In this document: positions 16,661 to 25,427 of the stretch, one piece after another | Layout: each line of letters opens with the position of its first letter | Numbering within the stretch: the stretch's first letter is position 1 | From: an uncultured Bacilli bacterium | GTDB taxonomy: Bacteria; Bacillota_I; Bacilli_A; RF39; UBA660 | Direction of reading: 5' to 3' | DNA length: 56,920 bases | Assembly (NCBI GenBank): GCA_947600015.1 | Contig: CANQFX010000001.1 | Location: 1 to 56,920, forward strand | Made by a program: the position numbers and the translations under genes | Notes under the pieces: generated by a model | The model's input: the letters and a program-made list of their open reading frames with translations, nothing else | The model's database searches: none | What the model was told of the DNA's origin: nothing

Positions 16661-18349
16661 CTATTCTACTTCTACAATATCACCAAATAGTTCTACTGCA
16701 TTATTACTTATTATATCATTTTTTTGTTGGCTTTCCAATATAATTTCTGGTTCCTCTACTATAACATAATGTTTATTATTTTTTATACTATTAATATATT
16801 TTATGCGTTCTTTTTCCCATTCTTCATCACTAATTATAGCAATATTTTGTGTTAATTTTGTTATTTTGTGATAGACATTTACCATTTGATTTAAATTTAA
16901 TAAATTTTGCTTCACAATAGAATCATATTCATAACTAATAATAATATTTTTTTCACTAGCAGCACGAACTTTAGAATCTAATAAATTACATACAATATAA
17001 CCAATTTCTGTATCAAAAGTATAATCTTTCAACAATTCCATAGCATCAATTACTTTTTTCAACACCGTCTTATCTGCTTCTGCCAATGTATTATTGACAC
17101 GAACTTTCATAATTTCATCTAAATTTATTATTCTAGGAGTAGAATCACTCAAAATTTCTTTTTTTTCTAAAGAAGATATATTATCTTCTTTTGTATTTTC
17201 ATCAAGAGGTTCTGTTTCCATACTTACTTTTTGATCTAAATTTAATTGTTTTTCGATATCATTTTCTTTTTCAGGAGTTGAAATTATTTCCCGGGAAATA
17301 TTTTTTTGGGAAATAATGGAATTTTGGATAAAAGTTAATAATAAAATTTCTATATATATTCTTGGATTTCCACTTTTCTGAATATCGAACATTTTTTCGT
17401 TTATTAAATTAATTAATTTTTGAATTTCCACAAGTGAATATTCCAATTTTTTTGAAGAAATATAATAATCTACTACCAATTTTCGCAAAAAATACATAAA
17501 TTGCATCATTACTTGTACCATATTTTTACCAAGTTCATCCATTTTATTTAAAAATAGGATTAATGAAGAAATATTCCCACTAAAAATGATTTTATACAAC
17601 TCCGTTAAGTCTTTTTTTTGTGCCATATTATTTAATTTAGAAAAATCTTCAACTGTAATTTGTTCCGAAGTGTAAGAATGCAGTTTATCTAGCATTCCTA
17701 GAGCATCTCTCATCCCACCATCACAAAATATAGCAATTTCATCCAATACATCTTCATCTATTTTAATAGATTCTTGTTTACATACATAATCAAGTCTACT
17801 TTTAATCATATTTTCAGAAATACGATTAAAGGAAAAACACTGACATCTAGAAATAATAGTTTCAGGTACCTTTTGTTGATCTGTCGTAGCTAAGACAAAA
17901 ATAGCATGTTCAGGAGGTTCTTCTAACGTTTTCAACAATGCATTAAAAGCTTCTATTGATAGCATATGTACCTCATCAATTATATAAATTTTATATTTCA
18001 ATTGTGATGGAACCAAAGAAATTTTATTTTTTAATTCTCTTATTTCATTAACACCATTGTTAGAAGCAGCATCAATTTCTATAATATCAACGCATTCTTT
18101 ATCAAAAGAAGCCAAACAATTTTTACATTTTCCACATAAATTTCCATCATGTGAATCAAGACAATTGACTGTCCTAGCAAATATTTTAGAAATTGTAGTT
18201 TTTCCTGTTCCTCTAGGACCAAAAAACATATAAGCATGACTAAAAGAATGATTTTTAATAGAGTTTTTTAATGTTTGAACAATTACATTTTGACCAACGA
18301 CATCATCAAAAGTTTGAGGTCTATATTTTCTATAAAGGGCATGATACAT
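16661..18349 (-). CDS. dnaX: DNA polymerase III tau subunit DnaX
   Basis: ALYRKYRPQTFDDVVGQ, Walker A GPRGTGKTT, DEVHML and SRCQ. The ATG at 18349 is preferred over the TTG at 18355. Confidence 0.95.
   Translation of the reverse strand: MYHALYRKYRPQTFDDVVGQNVIVQTLKNSIKNHSFSHAYMFFGPRGTGKTTISKIFARTVNCLDSHDGNLCGKCKNCLASFDKECVDIIEIDAASNNGVNEIRELKNKISLVPSQLKYKIYIIDEVHMLSIEAFNALLKTLEEPPEHAIFVLATTDQQKVPETIISRCQCFSFNRISENMIKSRLDYVCKQESIKIDEDVLDEIAIFCDGGMRDALGMLDKLHSYTSEQITVEDFSKLNNMAQKKDLTELYKIIFSGNISSLILFLNKMDELGKNMVQVMMQFMYFLRKLVVDYYISSKKLEYSLVEIQKLINLINEKMFDIQKSGNPRIYIEILLLTFIQNSIISQKNISREIISTPEKENDIEKQLNLDQKVSMETEPLDENTKEDNISSLEKKEILSDSTPRIINLDEIMKVRVNNTLAEADKTVLKKVIDAMELLKDYTFDTEIGYIVCNLLDSKVRAASEKNIIISYEYDSIVKQNLLNLNQMVNVYHKITKLTQNIAIISDEEWEKERIKYINSIKNNKHYVIVEEPEIILESQQKNDIISNNAVELFGDIVEVE
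17285..17300. other. Noc-binding site (NBS), perfect 16-mer, inside dnaX coding sequence
   Basis: TATTTCCCGGGAAATA encodes ...ISREII... in the dnaX linker region. It is a GC-core palindrome in otherwise AT-rich coding DNA. Confidence 0.7.
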
Positions 18350-18402
18350 ATACAAAATACCTCCTAAGCAAAAATATTATATCATAGAAAAAAATAGAAA
18401 TT

Positions 18403-18849
18403 TTATTTTTTTCTCCTTTTATTAAAAAAATCTTTCAAAATTTTCTTTCCTGACTCCGAAAACAAATTATTATATAAATTTACTTTTGGATTAATATGAT
18501 CTTTTGCTAAAATTTTTTCTAATAATTTGGTATTTTCATCAGTATTAGATAAAGCACAATATATATTTTGGATTCTTGCCTGTTTTATAGCACTTGCACA
18601 CATTGGACATGGTTCTAATGTAATATAGATATCACATCCATCTAATCGCCAATTATTTATTTTTTTTGATGCTTTTTTGATAGCTAACATTTCTGCATGA
18701 TAAATTGCACATTGATATTTTTCTTTCAAATTATGTGCCTTAGCTAAAACTTTTTCATTTTTTACAATTACAGTTCCAATAGGAACCTCCCCACAATCAT
18801 ATGCTTTTTTTGCTTCTAAAAAAGCGAGTTTCATATATTTTTCATTCAT
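18403..18849 (-). CDS. tadA: tRNA adenosine(34) deaminase TadA
   Basis: CDA motifs HAEMLAI and PCPMCASA. The start is trimmed to ATG 18849 (MNEKYMKLAFLEAKKAY) behind a GGAGTG RBS. The ORF-track N-terminal extension overlaps the SRP RNA. Confidence 0.9.
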   Translation of the reverse strand: MNEKYMKLAFLEAKKAYDCGEVPIGTVIVKNEKVLAKAHNLKEKYQCAIYHAEMLAIKKASKKINNWRLDGCDIYITLEPCPMCASAIKQARIQNIYCALSNTDENTKLLEKILAKDHINPKVNLYNNLFSESGKKILKDFFNKRRKK

Positions 18850-18865
18850 AAAATCACTCCAAACA

Positions 18866-18941
18866 AAAATGTGCACATAAAAGGAGGTTCTTAAGGCTGC
18901 TATTTTCCAATCCTGACCTGTTTCAAACACTTTTATTGCAC
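18866..18941 (-). ncRNA. ffs: Small (4.5S-like) signal recognition particle RNA
   Basis: The minus strand reads GTGCAATAAAAG...CAGGTCAGGATTGGAAAATAGCAGCCTTAAG...CTTTTATGTGCAC ATTTTT. This shows the domain IV signature (E. coli: CAGGUCAGGUCCGGAAGGAAGCAGCC), a GGAA tetraloop closed by AUU/AAU, complementary 5' and 3' ends, a U-tail, and its own promoter. Confidence 0.8.
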
Positions 18942-18947
18942 AAAATT

Positions 18948-18976
18948 ATTCTAATATAAATTAATAAAATTGTAAA
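18948..18976 (-). promoter_or_regulatory. SigmaA-type promoter of ffs
   Basis: The minus strand reads TTTACA (18976..18971), a 17-nt spacer, then TAGAAT (18953..18948). The predicted RNA 5' end lies about 7 nt downstream. Confidence 0.65.
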
Positions 18977-18979
18977 CAA

Positions 18980-18995
18980 TGTTTCACGTGAAACA
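18980..18995. other. parS site (ParB/Spo0J centromere), perfect consensus TGTTTCACGTGAAACA
   Basis: Exact match to the Firmicute parS 16-mer. It extends to an 18-bp palindrome (18979..18996). Confidence 0.9.
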
Positions 18996-19063
18996 TAGAA
19001 AAAATATAATTATCCATAGAAGTATATTTAATAGAATTTAAATTTATAAATTTGTAATAAAAT

Positions 19064-19079
19064 TATTTCCCGGGAAATA
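19064..19079. other. Noc-binding site (NBS), perfect 16-mer
   Basis: TATTTCCCGGGAAATA lies within a 26-bp perfect palindrome, AAAATTATTTCCCGGGAAATAATTTT (19059..19084). Confidence 0.75.
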
Positions 19080-19091
19080 ATTTTAGATTAA

Positions 19092-19107
19092 TGTTCCACG
19101 TGGAACA
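19092..19107. other. parS site, symmetric variant TGTTCCACGTGGAACA
   Basis: 18-bp perfect palindrome at 19091..19108. It differs from parS-1 only at the two dyad-related positions 5 and 12. Confidence 0.8.
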
Positions 19108-19110
19108 TAG

Positions 19111-19132
19111 AAAAAACAGTGTTGTTACACTG
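19111..19132 (-). terminator. Intrinsic terminator of gyrA
   Basis: The minus strand reads CAGTGT-AACA-ACACTG followed by TTTTTT. The stem includes the gyrA stop codon. Confidence 0.6.
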
Positions 19133-21587
19133 CTTTATCTGTTTCAATATTTTCATTGTCATCTTCTACAATATCTTCCTTATCCACAATGGTAACTGTA
19201 GAAACATATTGATCATCTTTTAAATTTATTAATCTAACACCTTGTGTAGCTCTCTTTAATGTTGAAATTTGTTCTAATGGCATTTTCATAAATACTCCAC
19301 TATTTGTGACAATAATTATGTCATGTTCTGAAATATTATCAACACATTTTAAAACTGCCATTTTACCATTTTTCTCTGTAACATTATATGCTTTAACGCC
19401 CTTACTACCACGATGTGTTAATCGATATTCATCAATTATGGTTTTCTTTCCATATCCTTTTTCAGTAACAATTAAAATTTCTTGTCCTAAATTTACTACT
19501 TCAGAACCAACAACAACACTATCACCTAAATCAATACCTTTAACACCAGAACTACTTCTACCCATAGAACGAATCTCATTTTCATTAAAGCGAACCATCC
19601 TACCATTACTAGCACCAATCACAATTTCATTTTTTCCACAGGTCTTTCTAACACTAATTAACTCATCATTTTCCTTTAAAACAATAGCAATTTTACCACT
19701 TTTACGGATATTATCAAATTCTTCTATCTTTGTTCTTTTGACGATACCTTTTCTAGTTGTAAATATGAAATATTTTGTTTCTTCATCACAAACCTTTAAA
19801 TCTAAAATCGAACTAATGTTCTCCTCTTTCTCTAATGGTAATAAATTTATAATTGGTAAACCTTTAGATTGCCTAGAAAATTCTGGTATTTCATAACCTT
19901 TCATTCGATAAATTCGTCCCTTATTAGAGAAGAATAAGATATAATCATGCGTACCCATAGAAACTAAATGTTCAACAAAGTCTTCTTCGTTCGTTGAAAT
20001 ACCTTTAATTCCAACACCGCCTCGATTCTGAGTTCGATAAGTGTCACTACGTAATCTTTTAATATAACCATTCTTTGTTAAAGTAACAATTATATCTTCT
20101 TCTGGTATTAATGACTCATCTTCAATATATTCAATTGCCGTCATATCAATATCAGTTCTTCGTTCATCACCATATTTAGACTTAATTTCTAATAATTCTG
20201 TTTTTATTACTTCCAAAATCTTAGCCTCACTAGCTAAAATTTCTTTTAATGAAGCAATTGTTTTTAATAATTCATTTAATTCATTTTCTATTTTTTCACG
20301 TTCTAATCCAGTCAAACGTCTTAATCTCATTTCTAAAATAGCATTAGCTTGAATTTCTGTTAATTTGAAATTTGTCATTAATCCACTTCTAGCATCATCA
20401 TCAGAATCAGAAGCACGAATTAATTTAATAACTGCATCAATATGATCAAGTGCAATTTTTAAACCCTCTAAAATATGAACTCTTTTTTCAGCAACATCTA
20501 AATCAAATTTGGTCCTACGAATAATAACTTCTTTTTGATAATCGATATATTTTGAAATAATATCTTTAAGTCCTAAAGTTTTAGGTACTCCTTGATCTAA
20601 CATTAAAAAGATAATACCATACGTAGTTTGAAAAGCAGTATGTTTGTATAATTTATTTAAAACAACTTGAGCATTTGCATCTTTCTTTAAAGTAATAGTT
20701 ATTTTTATTCCATCTTTTAAATCAGAATGATAATCTGCAATTCCTTCAATTGTTTTGTTATGAACAAGTTCTGCCACTTTATTTTTTAACTCTAATGTAT
20801 TAACGCCATAAGGAACCTCATTAACAACAATATATTGTCTGCCATTTTTCTCTTCAATTGTTGCTTTACTACGTATTGTAATAGAACCTCTACCAGTTTC
20901 ATAAGCCTTACGAATTCCACTATTTCCCAAAATAGTAGCACCAGTAGGAAAATCTGGACCCTTTATATATTTCATTAATCCATCTAAATCAATATCTGGA
21001 TTATCAATATAAGCAACACATCCATCGATTACTTCTTTTAAATTATGTGGAGGTATATTGGTAGCCATACCAACAGCAATTCCAGTAGTTCCATTAACCA
21101 ATATATTCGGAAAACGAGATGGTAAAACTGTAGGTTCCTTTTCACTTTCATCAAAGTTCGGAACAAAATCTACGGTATCCTTGTTGATATTTCGTAATAA
21201 TTCTAAAGAAATTTTTGATAATCGAGATTCTGTATAACGCATTGCCGCAGCACCATATCCTTCAATATTACCAAAATTTCCATGACCATCAATTAACATA
21301 TAACGATAAGAAAAATCTTGAGCCATACGAACCATTGCTTCATAAATAGAAGAATCTCCATGAGGATGGTAATTACCCATAACCTCCCCAACTGTTTTAG
21401 CACTTTTCCTATGTGGTTTATCTGGAGTGTATCCCGATTCATACATAGAATATAAAATTCTACGATGTACAGGTTTTAGTCCATCTCTTAAATCAGGAAT
21501 TGCACGAGCAGTAATAACACTCATGGAATAATCTAAAAAAGAATCTTGAACTTCTTTTACAATATTGTTATTTTCTAATCTATCCAT
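19125..21587 (-). CDS. gyrA: DNA gyrase subunit A
   Basis: 820 aa. AAMRYTE active-site Tyr motif, QRDR-like [13 protein letters not shown], and C-terminal beta-pinwheel repeats. Confidence 0.97.
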   Translation of the reverse strand: MDRLENNNIVKEVQDSFLDYSMSVITARAIPDLRDGLKPVHRRILYSMYESGYTPDKPHRKSAKTVGEVMGNYHPHGDSSIYEAMVRMAQDFSYRYMLIDGHGNFGNIEGYGAAAMRYTESRLSKISLELLRNINKDTVDFVPNFDESEKEPTVLPSRFPNILVNGTTGIAVGMATNIPPHNLKEVIDGCVAYIDNPDIDLDGLMKYIKGPDFPTGATILGNSGIRKAYETGRGSITIRSKATIEEKNGRQYIVVNEVPYGVNTLELKNKVAELVHNKTIEGIADYHSDLKDGIKITITLKKDANAQVVLNKLYKHTAFQTTYGIIFLMLDQGVPKTLGLKDIISKYIDYQKEVIIRRTKFDLDVAEKRVHILEGLKIALDHIDAVIKLIRASDSDDDARSGLMTNFKLTEIQANAILEMRLRRLTGLEREKIENELNELLKTIASLKEILASEAKILEVIKTELLEIKSKYGDERRTDIDMTAIEYIEDESLIPEEDIIVTLTKNGYIKRLRSDTYRTQNRGGVGIKGISTNEEDFVEHLVSMGTHDYILFFSNKGRIYRMKGYEIPEFSRQSKGLPIINLLPLEKEENISSILDLKVCDEETKYFIFTTRKGIVKRTKIEEFDNIRKSGKIAIVLKENDELISVRKTCGKNEIVIGASNGRMVRFNENEIRSMGRSSSGVKGIDLGDSVVVGSEVVNLGQEILIVTEKGYGKKTIIDEYRLTHRGSKGVKAYNVTEKNGKMAVLKCVDNISEHDIIIVTNSGVFMKMPLEQISTLKRATQGVRLINLKDDQYVSTVTIVDKEDIVEDDNENIETDKAV

Positions 21588-21599
21588 CGTTCAAACCTC

Positions 21600-23525
21600 C
21601 TAAATATCCAAGTTGGCATACGTTGCATTTTCCTCAATAAATTCACGACGAGGCCCAACTTCTTCACCCATTAATTTCGCAAATGTTTCATCTGCCGCAA
21701 TTACATCATCAACAGTAATTTTTCTTAATACACGCTGATGTATATCCATTGTTGTTTCATTCAATTCTTCTGCATCCATCTCTCCTAATCCCTTCATACG
21801 AGCAATTTCATATTTTACATTAGGTCCAAGAGTAGCTAAATATTCATCTCTTTCATTATCATCCAATACATATTTTCTCGTTTTTCCATGAGTAATTCTA
21901 TATAATGGTGGTTGTGCAGCATAAACATGGCCAGCTTCCACAATTGGTCTAAAAAAGCGATAAAATAATGTCAATAATAATACTCGAATATGACTTCCAT
22001 CTACATCAGCATCCGTCATAATAATAATTTTATGATAACGAAGTTTAGATAAATCAAATTCTTCACCAATCCCTGTACCGAAAGCCGTAATAATGGTACG
22101 GATTTCTTCATTAGATAATGCACGATCTAATCGCGCTTTTTCCACATTTAAGATTTTTCCACGCAAAGGTAAAATTGCTTGTGTCATACTATCTCTACCT
22201 TTAATAGCAGATCCTCCTGCAGAATCCCCTTCTACCAAGAAAATTTCACTAATAGTAGCATCTTTACTTTTACAATCAGACAATTTTCCATAGAAATTTG
22301 TTACATCTAAATCACCTTTTCTTCTTGTTAATTCACGTGCTTTTTTAGCAGCAACACGCGCACGCGATGCAGTCATAGATTTATCAACAATTACCCTAGC
22401 TTGATCTGGATTTTCCATTAAAAATCTTTCAAATGCTTCTGAAAATATCTTATCAGCAATTCCTCTAACTTCACTATTACCAAGTTTTGTTTTTGTTTGC
22501 CCTTCAAATTGTGGATCAGGATGTTTTATAGAGATAATCATGGTAATACCTTCTCGAACATCATCACCTGTCAAAGAATCATCTTTATCTTTCATTAATC
22601 CAGCATTTGTAGCATATTTATTTAAAATTCTCGTTAAAGCTCTTCTAACTCCATCTTCATGAGTTCCACCTTCTGGTGTAGTAATATTATTAACAAAAGA
22701 ATAAATACTAGAATTATACGTTTCATTATATTGTAATGCTACTTCTACTTTTATATCTTTTTCTTCTCCTTCAATATCAACAATCGTTTCATGAATAGGA
22801 TTTTTATTTTTATTAAGCATCGCTACATATTCAACAATTCCTCCTTCATAACAGAAAGAATCTTTTTTATCTGCTTCCCTATCATCATATAAGGTAATAC
22901 GAAGGCCCTTATTTAAAAATGCTAATTCTTTTAATCTAGTTTTTAAAATATCATAATCATATACCGTAGTTTCTGTAAAAATTTGATCATCTGGTTTAAA
23001 ATGAACAGTAGTTCCTGTTCTATCCTTATCACATTGATCTATAATTTTTAAATCATCATCAGCATGTCCACCACGACTATATCTTTGATAATAAACATTC
23101 CCATCTTTATATATTTTTACTTCTAACCAATCACTTAAAGCATTTACGACACTAGCACCAACACCATGAAGACCTCCAGATACTTTGTATCCTCCTCCAC
23201 CAAATTTACCTCCGGCATGTAATACTGTATAAACTGTTTCTACTGTACTTTTTCCTGTTTTTGGATGAATATCTACAGGAATTCCTCTTCCATCATCTTT
23301 TACTATTATACTATTGTCTTTTTCTATAGTAACCTCAATATGAGAACAATACCCTGCTAGGGCTTCATCAATTGCATTATCAACAATCTCCCATACTAAA
23401 TGATGTAATCCTCTAGAACTTGTACTACCAATATACATACCTGGTCTTTTTCTAACTGCTTCTAATCCTTCTAATACCTGAATTGCAGAAGAATCGTATA
23501 CACCTTCTACTTTTTCTTCATTCAT
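21600..23525 (-). CDS. gyrB: DNA gyrase subunit B
   Basis: 641 aa. [37 protein letters not shown] and [10 protein letters not shown]. Confidence 0.97.
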   Translation of the reverse strand: MNEEKVEGVYDSSAIQVLEGLEAVRKRPGMYIGSTSSRGLHHLVWEIVDNAIDEALAGYCSHIEVTIEKDNSIIVKDDGRGIPVDIHPKTGKSTVETVYTVLHAGGKFGGGGYKVSGGLHGVGASVVNALSDWLEVKIYKDGNVYYQRYSRGGHADDDLKIIDQCDKDRTGTTVHFKPDDQIFTETTVYDYDILKTRLKELAFLNKGLRITLYDDREADKKDSFCYEGGIVEYVAMLNKNKNPIHETIVDIEGEEKDIKVEVALQYNETYNSSIYSFVNNITTPEGGTHEDGVRRALTRILNKYATNAGLMKDKDDSLTGDDVREGITMIISIKHPDPQFEGQTKTKLGNSEVRGIADKIFSEAFERFLMENPDQARVIVDKSMTASRARVAAKKARELTRRKGDLDVTNFYGKLSDCKSKDATISEIFLVEGDSAGGSAIKGRDSMTQAILPLRGKILNVEKARLDRALSNEEIRTIITAFGTGIGEEFDLSKLRYHKIIIMTDADVDGSHIRVLLLTLFYRFFRPIVEAGHVYAAQPPLYRITHGKTRKYVLDDNERDEYLATLGPNVKYEIARMKGLGEMDAEELNETTMDIHQRVLRKITVDDVIAADETFAKLMGEEVGPRREFIEENATYANLDI

Positions 23526-24643
23526 CTTATATACTTCCTTTCTATATTGCCATTTTTTACTTCATAAATATTTGCCTGTTCGAGATATTTTTTATTAATA
23601 TTTTTTAAATCAGTTGTTGTTATAATACTTTGAATATCTTTATTATTCATAATTTTCAATAATTGATTCCTTTTTCTAATATCTAATTCACTAAAAATAT
23701 CATCTAACAATAAAATAGGATACGTATTACAATATTGATAAAATATTTCTATTTCTGCTAATTTAAAAGAAAGAACAGCAACCTTCTGTTGACCTTGAGA
23801 TCCATATATTTTTAAATCTTTTCCATTCAATATAAAAGACAAATCATCCCGATGTGGACCATAAAGAGTCATACCATAATTTAGTTCTTTTAAATAATTT
23901 CTTTTAAATTTTTCTTTTAATACTCGATAAAGATTATCTGTTTTATAATCTTCAAATTCAATATTTGGTTGATAAATAATTTTTAATCCTTTTTCAGAAG
24001 AAATATCTTGATAAATTTGATCTATATTTTCATTGATTAAATCTATATATTCTTTTCTTTTTTGGTAAATAATAATTGCTTTTTCTATCAGTTTATCTGT
24101 AATAATATCTAAATAATTTTTATCTGCAATACTACTACTAAATAATATTTTTAAATATTCATTTCTTGTTTTTAGTATTTTATTGTATTCATTATACGTA
24201 TTTAGATAAACCTTAGACATTTGTGAAAGTTCTATATTTAACAGATTTCTTCTAACATTAGGAGAATTTTTAATTATTTCTAAATCATCTGGCGTAAAAA
24301 CGATTACATTCAAATAAGAAATATAATCAGCCACTTTTTTGATATTTGTTTGGTTTATTTTTAATTTTTTCGTATTTTCAATCATTTCTACTTCTAATTT
24401 AGAAATAATGTTATCTTTTTTTATAACTCCTTTTATTTGACATTTTTTCTGATTAAATTGAATAATATTAGGATTATTTACTACTCTATGGGATTTTGTT
24501 AAAGCTAATATGGTAATTGCTTCTAATATATTTGTTTTCCCTTGAGCGTTATTTCCTACAAAAATATTCATATGCTTTCCAAATTCAACATTCATATTAG
24601 AATAATTCCTAAAATGAATTAATTTTATTTTAGTTAGTTTCAT
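23522..24643 (-). CDS. recF: DNA replication and repair protein RecF
   Basis: Walker [14 protein letters not shown], signature SQGQQK, and Walker [12 protein letters not shown]. It overlaps the gyrB start by 4 nt. Confidence 0.95.
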   Translation of the reverse strand: MKLTKIKLIHFRNYSNMNVEFGKHMNIFVGNNAQGKTNILEAITILALTKSHRVVNNPNIIQFNQKKCQIKGVIKKDNIISKLEVEMIENTKKLKINQTNIKKVADYISYLNVIVFTPDDLEIIKNSPNVRRNLLNIELSQMSKVYLNTYNEYNKILKTRNEYLKILFSSSIADKNYLDIITDKLIEKAIIIYQKRKEYIDLINENIDQIYQDISSEKGLKIIYQPNIEFEDYKTDNLYRVLKEKFKRNYLKELNYGMTLYGPHRDDLSFILNGKDLKIYGSQGQQKVAVLSFKLAEIEIFYQYCNTYPILLLDDIFSELDIRKRNQLLKIMNNKDIQSIITTTDLKNINKKYLEQANIYEVKNGNIERKYIR

Positions 24644-24741
24644 TTAACATTATTTAAAAGACACATACAATCACCTATCCCCTATTCGAGTATTACTATA
24701 CGTACATACTTATTATATCATAAATTGCCTTAAAAAGCACG

Positions 24742-24767
24742 AAAAAATAGTTTTAAACTATTTTTTT
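24742..24767. terminator. AT-rich palindromic hairpin downstream of the comK-like gene
   Basis: AAAAAATAGTTTTAAACTATTTTTT is a perfect palindrome flanked by A and T runs. It could terminate transcription in both directions. It is weak because it contains only AT pairs. Confidence 0.35.
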
Positions 24768-24804
24768 GTCTCTTATATTAAATTCAATATCTTATTAGAT
24801 AAAA

Positions 24805-25266
24805 TCAATTCATTTTATTCATCTCTATTTTTCTTTTTCTCATAATAAAATCTAATCTAGAAGCTCTAGATATTTGATTTTCTATTGTTCTATAAGAACA
24901 TGGAACGATAATTTCCTTATGATTATCAAAAATAATCTTTGTATTATTAGCATCAATTTTTTTAAAAGATTGTACTCTTTTTAACGAAATCCAAATACAA
25001 TCTTCAGCAAATGGAGATGTCGTAGGAAATACAATTAAATTATTTGTATCTTCTACAAGAATAGGAACTTTATATTCTGCTCCTAAAATATCTTTTGCAC
25101 TTTCTTTTCTTCCGTTGTACGTACTTCCAAAATACTTACAACTATCTTCCATAATTTTGAATGGTGATTGATTAATTATGTATCTGTCATCATCTTCATA
25201 AACTAAACTTGTTTCTTTCTCATTTGGTATAATTGCTAAGGTGCCATTACTTACTTCATATTTCAT
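24805..25266 (-). CDS. comK: ComK-family competence transcription factor
   Basis: 153 aa. YEVSNGTLAIIP..., SCKYFGSTYNGRKES, PILVEDTNNLIVFPTTSP, and CIWISLKRV...VPCSYRTIENQISRA parallel B. subtilis ComK (YEVNGATIAVLP, SCRFFGSSYAGRK, PIMVDPSNQIFLFPTLS, SYNSFENQVYRTA; from memory). Confidence 0.8.
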   Translation of the reverse strand: MKYEVSNGTLAIIPNEKETSLVYEDDDRYIINQSPFKIMEDSCKYFGSTYNGRKESAKDILGAEYKVPILVEDTNNLIVFPTTSPFAEDCIWISLKRVQSFKKIDANNTKIIFDNHKEIIVPCSYRTIENQISRASRLDFIMRKRKIEMNKMN

Positions 25267-25427
25267 TTTTACTTTCCCCCTATCTTATGAAAACGTTTTT
25301 ACGTTTTCGGCAACAATATATCATACTTCTTTGTCAAATTTTGTCGAAATATGTATTATAATCCTTTCAATATATTATTCTCTTTTTATTTTGCTTTTCC
25401 AAAAAAAAAGAAACAAATTTGCTCCTT

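Noticed and set aside
17612-17619. Second A8 run in dnaX as a frameshift site
   Set aside because: It lies within clamp-loader domain III at about codon 247, so a truncated product would be non-functional. It shows that A8 runs occur by chance in this gene.
18850-18930. N-terminal 27 codons of the 175-aa tadA ORF (MFETGQDWKIAALRTSFYVHIFVWSDF)
   Set aside because: This stretch overlaps the SRP RNA hairpin and its terminator. A proper RBS plus ATG lies at 18849, and the deaminase homology begins only there.
19306-19896. 196-aa plus-strand ORF inside gyrA
   Set aside because: It is a shadow ORF antisense to a highly conserved gene. It is S/T/L/F-rich with no RBS or recognisable motif.
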